Source: Trichoplax sp. H2 (lineage: Eukaryota). Taken from it: DNA of 64,000 nt. The notes under the pieces were generated by a model. It ran no database searches and was not told the DNA's origin. It was given only the letters and a program-made list of their open reading frames with translations. Shown piece after piece: positions 44,300 through 55,243 of the stretch; the first letter of the stretch is position 1; each line of letters begins with the position of its first letter. Location of the stretch: assembly GCA_003344405.1 (NCBI GenBank), contig NOWV01000010.1:806001-870000 (forward strand), written 5' to 3'. The position numbers and the translations under genes were made by a program.

Positions 44300-46002
44300 A
44301 ACCACTGAGTAGTGCAAGATGTTATTTTTAGCGATGGCGTCTCCAAATCGAAACGATTGATTGTATTATCTATTGTTTACGAATAAGTTACATAATAATC
44401 CGCCATAATCATTACTGTCTTTTTAAAATTCTGTATGGGGAACTGTTTGTCTCATTGAGCATTTTTGGTCTCGACTTTATTAATTAAATGTGTACATATT
44501 ATGTATAAAACCGTTAAAATGTGAGCCTATAAATTGGTGCCTCAGCAATTGCATGACTAATACGAAGTGTTTGTATCATTTACAAGTCGGCAGTAATTGG
44601 AATAAGAGCATACATTGTACCAGTGTAGTGATGTATAGAATTGTAACTTGTTGGTGGATGCAGCTTCTATTAACATCCAGATGGAACACGTTATCTACAT
44701 ACGCGTAAGATATGTTGAATGCATTATTGTATTATCTAATTTAAAGGATATGGCTCTCTTCTTAAAATCTCTTATATTTCCTTTGCTATCATGTAACCAT
44801 ATTATAATTATTGTTGAAGTATCTTTTAATTATTTGGAACATATTGTAAGTAATCTCTACGTTATATCGCTAATTCCTGTTTTTTCCAACAATGATATTG
44901 TTACTTTAAATTATTTTGGAAAATGCATATACGAATCATTTATTAACCTAATGACAAGGAGCCTTTTTAAAGTATGTATCTTATTTTATGATACACAGTA
45001 TGCATGTTGCATTTAAGGTCTTATTAAACTCGATGGCAACTACGATAATAAATCATTATTATGTAAAAAAATGTTTGCATAGCAAGCTGCTATCTAGGTT
45101 GTACAGTATTTAGATATGAATATAAGGAACTGGAAGTAGATTGTTGCTTGACTTAGAAATGGCATAATTAATTTCCTTAATTCCTATTATATACGTTATT
45201 GTTCGGCATACGTAAAGTCGGTTACAGCTTCTTCTATTTACAATAATTTAGATATAGCTTTACCACAGATGCATAGTACTACTTACTGTCAAAAAGGGAT
45301 GATAAGACGATAAGATTAGCACTAAAAGTATCTATCATATTTGTATGCTTTTAAACACCTAAAGGTACATCACCTGCTATTACACAGTACTACAACAAAA
45401 AATACGTCAATGTACCGGATATTTCCCTTTTTAAATATAATACCAGCTAACTTTTAATCAATCAATTACATAACATTGTTAGATAATGGTAAAAGCGACA
45501 TACTTAGTTACGAAAGGTAGAGCAATGCACAGCTTAATATGCATGCGTAATGCGTGATATCATTTTAAATTAAAATAGCTCAGTTTCAACTATATTTAAA
45601 TTTGATAATCATGATTAAACAAAGTAATTGATATGCGGCATTTTTAACCTTTTAACAAACCATGAAAACGAAACATGCTTGTTTGTACGTATTTATGTTT
45701 ATACATAAATATTCCTACATAAATTAAAATTACTAAATCTAGATAACTTACAGTTAAAAACAATTTTTCTGAAAGAATACTTTTTTAATGAGCGTAAAAC
45801 ACATCCTTCTGTACAATTACGGAATAGTGGTTTTTAAATGCCAACACATATCAGTGGTTGCAACGATAAATCACTGTTCAACAAGTCTACTGTAAATTAA
45901 AGGTAATGCTTTAAACGAGCAGTACGTGATATTTTGGGCACTAAAAAGTTGCATATAGATATATTCTCAAGCAGAATGGATACGTGTCTAAATTCAAAGT
46001 TG

Positions 46003-49000
46003 TTAGTATTCCTCAATTTCTTCTCCTCCGGCTTCTACTTCATCTTCTGGAGCAGCAAATCCATCCTGTAAACAAAAATTTGAAGGATTTGACTGTACTG
46101 CTATAGAATAAATCCGATTTGCTATCAATTATATATTAATTATGCACAATTTGTGTCTAAGAGCTAGTATTGCATGTATAGAGCTTTACCTCGGTAGCGT
46201 ACATAATCTCTAGGATTTGTGCTATTATTGGAGAATCGTGAGCAGTATCCTGTTGACATAATACCTCAATATCTCGTAATTTATTGAAGTAAAAGTCTCG
46301 TTCTTTCTCGAGTCCTTCCACGGTTAGCTTTAGTTCAGTAATCTATATTTTAATATGGATCATTAATATGGTTATTTCTGTAATAGTGAAAATTCAGGCC
46401 ACTGCTCGAAAAAAGTTAATAGTATTAAACTCACACCTAGGTGTAAGAGTTAGAATTTTATCAAAGCTTTTGACTACGTTGTAGATCAGCTACAACACTT
46501 ACTTGTGCATTGAGTTCATTCACTTGATTGCTATTATTACTAGCGGGTGCTCGCTTTGTAGTTCTACCTGCAGGTGCCATCGTGCGAGGTTTCTCTGCTG
46601 GTTTAGATTTGACTAAAATGATGAATGGATGTGCTATTATTGCATTGCCTCAAATTGTTTACTGTCTTTTAACATCATACAGTAAAATAAAGACCATAAA
46701 GTAATGTTGCATATAAGAGCTAACGCTGTGTAAAACTACAAACCTCCCGTAGTTCTAACGCCTGCAGTCGTTCTCTTAGTAGCTGCACCAGTATTGGCAC
46801 TCCTCGAGGCAGTACCACCTCGAGCATTGACGGGGTCATAGTCAACACTATCATTACAATTTGCGTCGAAGAATCTTTTAAACCATTGAAGGAATTCGAA
46901 GTTATCCTGAAATCTACCTTTGATCAACCTTTCAATGGGAACAGTCTAAAATGTGCATAAAATCATCATGTGTTAATTAACAGAATCAATAGGATGTTAC
47001 TCAGCTATATTGAAGTAGGAGTTAGTATATAGCAGACGTTATACTGTACAACAGGAGAACGATTAGGCAAAACTGCTGTATACTTAAAAATATACTAAAT
47101 TAGAAAAAAGTATCATTGATTACGACACCAATAGAATAGTTGGCATACCTTGTCTACACCTGCCTTTTTAAAGGCTATTTGTAATATCTTGAAATTTTGA
47201 ATGTATTCGTGTTCCAGTTGAGTATTGAATTTCACCTTGCTTAGATTTGCTGTTCCTAGTTGTAATAGTTTAGCAATAGCTTTTGTAATGAGTGTATTGG
47301 ATTGATAAATAATAGATTGCAGTATATCTTGGTGTTAGCTTGAATAGTCCATCGTATGCCGTATGATCTCTCTTATAATTTGCAATACTATACTTCATGC
47401 AAACAGAATGGTGACAACGACAATCATATCATATAGAGTTTTGGCCTAGCTATTATTTTTGGCTACTGAATACTATACGCATTATAAAATTGACGATAAC
47501 AGTGTGATTGAGCAATTTTTCGGATATCTATGTACAGTAGTATCTATATTTGACTTTTCAATACTGTATTATAGAAATCCGACTATAATCTATCTTAAGC
47601 TGTTAATTATCGATACGAGCTCGTATGTAGGATAAAAATATTGATATTCTAGGCTTAATTGATTCTTTATGGACAAGGTTATGTACAGGTCCATAATGGT
47701 AGTTATTTTTCCATTAGTCAAGTTGTTCTCTCCGTACTGATTTATACAGCTGAACAGTCATCCAAACCCGGTAGTAAATAAGTGCAGTACTGCATTAGAT
47801 GCAAGATACTATTGTAAAGGGATATGAATAGAGATTGATTGAAAATTAAAAGTAGTAGTATAGGGAATGCAAATATCTAACAATGTAATAGCAGAAACTT
47901 AGTAATAATCAGCAAGATATACAAATCAAGTTAATTTAAAATACTGCATTGCATGTAGCACTCAATACCATATACTAACGATGGTTACGGATCCCAGTTG
48001 ATTTACATAATTGTAGACAATTTGCATACTAGACGAGCTAACTTGACTGCAATCTGGTACGATATTATATGTTAAACTAGTTCAAAACTATTTCCTGTTT
48101 GTCATATTGTAATTAATGCTCTTTGACTGAAGGAGATTGAAAGTGTATCTGAATCTCCTAGGTTATCTTTATCATGCTAGATTAATTTAAGGTGGAAGTC
48201 TTTTTTATTTAACATTATACTACTGTATTTTCGCCTTGTCTTTTAATACTCTACAACTAATACATTACCGCTATAGGATAATGACAGAGAGAGTTGTTGA
48301 CTATTATATTAATGCTGTGCTATCGTCTATGTTGATTTTAATAAACTCCTCCCAAAGTATGTTGTCTCAACGCTAAAAACGACTAATGCTAAACCATAAT
48401 AATATTAGGCCGATAAGAATGAATTTCGAGAATGCCTCAGGTCGATCAGTGTTCTACACGGAAGTACGATAATGCTTTTACTACAACTTTTAGGTAGGTA
48501 ACTATTCCAAAGGACGTTGCCTAAGGGTAGGTTTACTTTTTGGCGTCCATATTGTCCTGTATTGTATGGTGTAAAAAACATATTTTACTGGCAATATCTT
48601 CTCAGCCTACTCGCAAAGTTATAAAATTGGATCTGGTGCTAATATCAATTACTCGTATGGGATTATTCTTGATCTGTGCAAGTATCTATAAGAAAAGTTT
48701 TCGTCATGTATGCCACAAGCCCATCCATATCCGACATATCAGGCATGGACAGTCGGAGATTTCTAAGAGAAATGCATTTCTCTTAGCAATTTCTGATGCA
48801 GTATGTTTATTTCAAGGCACAGAATGGAATAATAGTGCCATTACTACATTATATACTCGGTATACAGCATGTAAGCAGTGATTGTATACGAATCAAATCT
48901 ATAATAATCTTATGCGAGTATGCAGTCTTTACGAGAACTAGGCGTGTTTGATGACAATAGTAGTTACCCTAAAAAGGATAATGACTTCGCTTTATTTTCC

Positions 49001-51283
49001 ATTCTACTAGAATTCCCGGTAAAGCGACGTGATATTGATTTAAAGCTTGTAATATCGCATCAATAAGGTACTAAAGTCGATCTGTTATCTTTGGTTAGCA
49101 TATCCGATCCGATGGCAGGAATTTTATATTTTTTAATTTTAGAGCAGTTTATATTTTTTCGATAACAATAGATAAATTATAAAAAAAAATATGCCATGGA
49201 TAGTTAAACAATGTCGTCGATGTGTTTCTCAGGCTTTGCTTTTGACATATTGAATTGTGGAATATGTTGATGAATCGTTAATATAATGGATATATTGATT
49301 ATTTGGTTGGCTGCATGTATCAAAGGGTGACGATGGACGAGTATGCATAGACAATCTATAAATAGTGTAGTACTTTAGCAGCTAGCATTTTAGAAGATGA
49401 TCTCAATTTCATCATGGCTATGTCTATCAATTTTAACAACTACAGTACAATATTGGAATGTTTTCATAAGCTAAGATCAATGATAACTGCAGCATAGTTG
49501 TATATCTTGTTCTATTGGTATAGCTTAATGGTGACTGGATGAAAAATTTTCAAATTTAATCTAATCTGTTGCGGGCAAATGATGGTGGTCATTCTTGATA
49601 ATGACACTGACTTTGAGTTGTTAGGAAATGGAACAAGATGGTGATTTAGATCAACGATGAGTAAATTCTACTATACTGGTACTCTGGTAGTAATTCTTCT
49701 CGATGTCTACCACTGTCTCAATAGCAGTATCGACTGTGTGAATGGGGGAAATATTGTAATGCGATGTGATACTAGGGTGGTTGATCTAGGAAAGGTGAAA
49801 GAGGGTGATTTCGATTAGATTTAGGATGCGGAAATCATATAAAACGTGCGGTAGAGACAGTATCGTAACTTCAATATTCTACTAATCAAATTCATGATAG
49901 TCTGTAAATCCGTTGGATTTTACAGGGCAGTATCTTCAAGATATATCTATTTTGATTTAGTTGGTTGAAGAAGACCAATTTTATTATTTTTCTGTCCATA
50001 ACGACGTATAGTCAAGATGAAACAAGATTGATGAAGAGTATTGTATAGTATTAGGAATTTTTTTTTGCAGACGTTAAGCTCTGGTTGATAATGTCTGCCT
50101 AGCGTTCAGATAGCAACTTGGACGTTATTTTATTGACCAGAAATATCTGCTGATGATTGCTTTTTACGTGTTGAGCAGTAATTAAGTTTGCAATATTTAA
50201 CTTGATCGATGAGTTCCACGAGGCAAGTATAGTACAGTACTTCCATCCAATATTTGTTTAGGAATCGACGTCAATATCGACTTGATAACCCAATTTGATG
50301 AAAGTGAACGATTTTGCAATAGGATGATGATGATACATTGAATAAGGTAACTTTATCTTTAGCATGGACTATCAGTAACATACCAGTGATGTGTAGCTTA
50401 GGTTATTGAATTGCAGTCATTGATTTGGTGAGTATTTGAATGGAACACTTTTGATTATACTCGTATCAAGACAGTTGTGAACGTTTCCATTTGCGTCTTA
50501 CTGTACTACTGTATGTATGGAGGGAAGCAGGTAAGAAATGTGTGATTGATTGAAAATTGCCCCTCCAAAACAACATTGACTGTGCCAATTGGCTACATAA
50601 TATCAATTGATATGACTATCCAAATCGTGCTAGCTATGTAAAGCAAGTTTAATTGTCGGTACAAACCTGGAAAAAGCATATCCATAAATTGGCAATAAGC
50701 AGCTCCTGTCAAAATAGTGTGAAGATAGAAGAACGACGTTAGTGCAATTCAAGTAAAAAAAGGACGGAGATATTGGAGGGTAGATTACAAGATTGAAGGC
50801 AATCGACAGTAGAGTAAATACTATCAGTGATGATGCTAAAATTCAAACTAGATTGGTTTATTAACTTGATAAGAGTTGTTAATTGATGATTTGAGATCGT
50901 AATTAGAATGATACTATGTGCAAAAGAGGGAGTGGAGGGATCGTATTCTACTGTCGTATCGATCAAGCAAGGGTTGCACTATTCAAGCCAATATGCAGCT
51001 TGTTGAGTGACAATGATGAAAGCTATACTCGACTGATGTATTACAAGTTGGAAGGAAAAAAAGGCTACAACGCATTTCCTCGAGCATAACATGATGAAAA
51101 AGTAGAATAGATTGATGTCGATGGAAAGCAAATAGACCAGTTTATCGCTAAAAACCACATGCCTGAACATAGTTGCTCGACTTTAGTATAACTGAGTTGT
51201 AATTGATCGTTGACCCAAGCGATCATATCATGACGGCTTAAGTTATCCAGCGATGCTGATGTTGCATGTACGTTAATAGCCAT
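46003..51283 (-). CDS. MAPRE: Microtubule-associated protein RP/EB family (EB1-like plus-end tracking protein), complete, 264 aa
   Basis: Exons: 51163-51283 ([40 protein letters not shown]), 50667-50705 ([13 protein letters not shown]), 47149-47255 ([20 protein letters not shown]...VDK), 46744-46945 ([28 protein letters not shown]), 46503-46612, 46190-46342 ([21 protein letters not shown] domain), 46003-46065 ([23 protein letters not shown] tail). Total 795 nt, in frame. Confidence 0.97.
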
Positions 51284-51299
51284 GTCTATGCTTGTTCTT

Positions 51300-51650
51300 T
51301 CTCTCTCCTTCTTCTCACAAATGGATTTACAATCGGTGAGACGGAAATCACCAGGGAAGTTGCGATGAAAAGACGGCAAAAAAAGATTTGAATTCTGATA
51401 CTAATTGAAGGCGGGACTAGTCTATTTGGGTAACGTCCTAATAGCCGCTCGGGTAGTATAGTGTCTATGTCAAGTCATTATTTTGCATACTGTAGAAGGC
51501 AAATCGCTGCCTCTTATTTGATACAATTTCTCTTTGTTCTCCAGGTTGTAACCAGTCCTCTAGCTAGCCGTCTCCTTTGAACACTAGCCGCCCTCATCGT
51601 GGTTACAGTACCACCACTATAGACGGCTAGGATTTGCAACATGGTTGCCG
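51300..51650. promoter_or_regulatory. Probable (bidirectional) promoter region between MAPRE and TAF2
   Basis: Lies directly upstream of the MAPRE ATG, is locally GC-richer and has four TAGCCGYC motifs. The TAF2 start is not fixed, so bidirectionality is inferred. Confidence 0.4.
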
Positions 51651-53046
51651 TAGTTGCTTTCTACTCGTCCATTTTATGTTGCAAATATCCCACTAAGAAT
51701 AGACGAATGGGGTTGAGAAAGTAAGCAGAGAGTCTATTTTGGCAATGGGGTTAGTCATCAAGACGATTGATCTTTTCCTAGGCAACTTGCGACTCGCCAA
51801 CAATTGTCTATGCCTAACCCTTACTCTACTCTCTATTACCTATACAATACTATGCAATAACGAGTATTGAGTCAGATGTGAAATTCTCCACTCTTTGCTT
51901 TCTTACTACCACACATACGATCGTTATTCTACGTTTTAGGTTGATTCTATCAATATACAATTATAGAAGATACAGTAGATAGGCGTATAGGTTGTATATT
52001 ATCCGTTTCCCATCGATTGAACCCATTCAACCGATGGGAAATACCCCGCAATCATACAAGTAATGATAGCAATAGTCTGACTTGAATATCTCTATGGATC
52101 AATTTATCCCCTACTGATATTTGCCTTCATCCATTTCAATTTTGCATTTTTTTCTCTCTCTCTCCTCACTCAATCTTCTCCAACGCATTTTAAAGCGCGA
52201 TAATTGAAAGAATTGTGTCGTAGGCTACAGTACTATTATCATGGACATCGATCTCGGACGGTATGGAATGACAACAGAATAATGCTCAGGAAGGCAAGGA
52301 AGAATCGAGTTTTACTGAGTGCAAGATATACGGCTGGAAAAAAAGGAAAAAAAGGGAGCACTAAAAAAAAAAAAAAAGAAAGCACTGCTGTAGTACTCTC
52401 GATTTTACTGACAATGAAGTTGGTTTGGATTGATTATGATTCAAAATCGATCTAAAAGTGCAAAGGACATTGAAGACATTTTGAGGCAGCAGTCGAAGAC
52501 AAGGACTGACAGAAGGAAAAATTCACTTCAAAACAGTACACAGTTGATTCAGTATGAACGTATACTGTAGACTGCCAGATTACCACAGTAGTACTGTAGT
52601 TTGTGACTGCACTGAGTGAAAGCTGAGCTAGCAGCGATGATTGAGTTTGCGACTCACTGAATTGAAAACTACTACGGAATTTTCCTACTGTAGACTGCTT
52701 TCTAACTGGTATGAGCACAGCCATAGACATGGACTACTACATGCACCATCATGATGTAATTGAGTAGTCCATGGCAGAGCACACTAGGCAAAACTGTTCC
52801 AAAGTCCTTGGGTCGAATAAAAGAGTAGAGCATGATTGCATCAGTGCAAGAGTTCCACGGTACTGTACAATAAGGAAAAGTCTTCCTGAAAGAGTAGACA
52901 TTGTTCCCTGATACGTGATTCAGGGAATCGAATGATTGATCGTACATTACGTTATTTTGTAGCAAAGCTGTTTTCCAACAGCAATCTTGATCATCTTCTA
53001 CACGACTACTAACTTGGATATGGCCAATCTAACGTTGGCACTTGTA

Positions 53047-53185
53047 TACAGGGTGTCCACAAATTATCCCCGCGCACAAATTTAAAATTACTATTGCCAA
53101 ATCGAGCAGTAATTTGCCAAAAAAATGTACCGAAATGGAGAGTAATAAATAACCTATCATAATCTGAAAACTTTAAAGCTATAAC
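53047..53185 (+). mobile_element. Possible truncated Tc1/mariner-type non-autonomous element end
   Basis: TA followed by CAGGGTGTCC, a common Tc1/mariner terminal-inverted-repeat start. No partner end or transposase seen in the window. Confidence 0.3.
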
Positions 53186-53795
53186 ATTAGATACAGTATG
53201 CAGTCATCGTATTGATCAAAAATAAAAAGTACAAGTACTATTTAGAATTATACCAGGCAAAACTGTTCAAAAGTCCTTGGTGAAACAAGAGTAGAGCATG
53301 ATTGCATGAGTGCAGGAGCTCCACAGTACTTCTTCTACTGTACAATGTACTGTATAGTCTGTACAGTAAATCAGTAATTATTGAATTGACAGTGAATTGA
53401 ATTGGAATTTTTCATGACAGTCATCATAATCATAATATTCAGCGATTATACTGTGCTGTATAACATTAGATACAGTATGCAGTCATCGTATTGATCAAAA
53501 ATAAAAAGTACAAGTACTATCTAGAATTATACCAGGCAAAACTGTTCAAAAGTCCTTGGTGAAACAAGAGTAGAGCATGATTGCATGAGTGCAGGAGCTC
53601 CACAGTACTTCTTCTACTGTACAATGTACTGTACACTTTGTACAGTAAATTATTGAATAGAATTAAATTGGATTTTTTTCATGTCAGTCATCATAATCAT
53701 AATATTCAGCGATTATACTGTACTGTATAATATTATATACAGTATACAGTCATCGCATTGATCAAAAATAAAAAGTACAAGTACTGTCTAGAACT
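53181..53795. repeat. 279-bp tandem duplication (2 full copies and a partial third); related partial copy at ~52785-52870
   Basis: ataacattagatacagtatgcagtcatcgtattgatcaaaaataaaaagtacaagtac starts at 53181 and 53460, with a diverged start near 53727. Confidence 0.92.
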
Positions 53796-54054
53796 GTACG
53801 CCAAGTAGAACGAGTAAGGAAGGGATCGACGTAACTTTGAAGCCTTTCACCATTTGCCTAACCATCAACACTGTCCACTGTACTGTACAGTGTACAGTAC
53901 TGTAGGCTGTAGCACAGATATTGAATCTGCGCAGCCGCTATCGCAGTTGCTCTTCGATTTCTAATTGCCGTATGGAAACAAGAAAGTTTCTACGATAAGC
54001 ATTGAAGGCTAAATAAATGCAGGCCCAAAATCGAACAGTTTAGGCTCGATGGAT

Positions 54055-54225
54055 GCTTAAAAGGTTCAGAAAAATGTTTGAGTAACTACTGCAGTTATAC
54101 TGGACTGTACAGTACACTCAGTGCATGTTCAAGGGCTAACTAAAAGCTTCTTAAAGGGTTCAGAAAAATGTTCCAGTAACTACTGCAGTTATACTGGACT
54201 GTACAGTGTACAATACACTCAGTAC
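54055..54225. repeat. ~95-bp tandem duplication
   Basis: ggttcagaaaaatgtt..agtaactactgcagttatactggactgtacagt occurs twice. Confidence 0.85.
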
Positions 54226-54587
54226 AGTATAGTACTTTATATCGAGCAGCACTATACTCTACTGTACAAAGGGGAATTAGCTCAAACCTTGAATGCCTCC
54301 ATTTCCATCACCCCTCCGGTGCTGGCCTCAAAATTAAATTTCATTCACATCATACTGGAAAGAAACAACTTATCCTGCCATAATGAAAGATTTACCTAAA
54401 GTTGATAAACTATTTAGGATTAAGGTAGAATGACAATGAGAAATTCGTACTGTATCTACTCAATCCATTGGTCAATTGGATCAGCAATATCGTAGTTGGA
54501 ATCACTCACCTTTACAAATTCTTAGCTAGGCAGTAGAAATAGTATTGACTTGTTGATCAGACTTTCATCAGGATTGGATTGGTAGAC

Positions 54588-55151
54588 TGACTCATCAACA
54601 TAATCATTACACTTCTATTTCCTATAAATGAACAGTGTATAGTTATATCAACATGTAAATCGATTGCTTATACGTTCGATGATACAAGTATACAGCCAGC
54701 TATCTTATTTTGTGAGCGTAGATGGATGTGACTTATCAACATAATCATTACACTTCTATTTCCTATAGATGAACAGTGTATAGTTATATCAACATGTAAA
54801 TCGATTGCTTATACGTTCGATGATACAAGCATACAGCCAGCTATCTTATTTTGCGAGCGCAGATGGATGCGACTCATCAACATAATCATTACAGTTCTAT
54901 TTCCTATAGATGAACAGTGTATAGTTATATCAACATGTAAATCGATTGCTTATACGTTCGATGATACAAGTATACAGCCAGCTATCTTATTTTGTGAGCG
55001 TAGATGGATGTGACTCATCAACATAATCATTACACTTCTATTTCCTATAAATGAACGGTGTATAGTTATATCAACATGTGAATCAATTGCTTATACGTTC
55101 GATGATACAAGTATACAGCCAGCTATCTTATTTTGCGAGCGTAGATGGATG
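54588..55151. repeat. 141-bp tandem repeat, 4 near-identical copies
   Basis: Units start at 54588, 54729, 54870 and 55011 (tgactcatcaacataatcattacac...gcgtagatggatg). Confidence 0.95.
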
Positions 55152-55243
55152 GAGCTAATTGTTGTTTGTTTGTTTGTTGCCATTTCTGGTCTACAAGAGT
55201 AAAAGAATGAATCCAATTTTTCAATCATCATTTTATTCTATAG

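Noticed and set aside
52204-52455. Lys-rich ORF (KKGKKGSTKKKKKE)
   Set aside because: It is produced by poly-A runs, starts at TTG and shows no recognisable homology.
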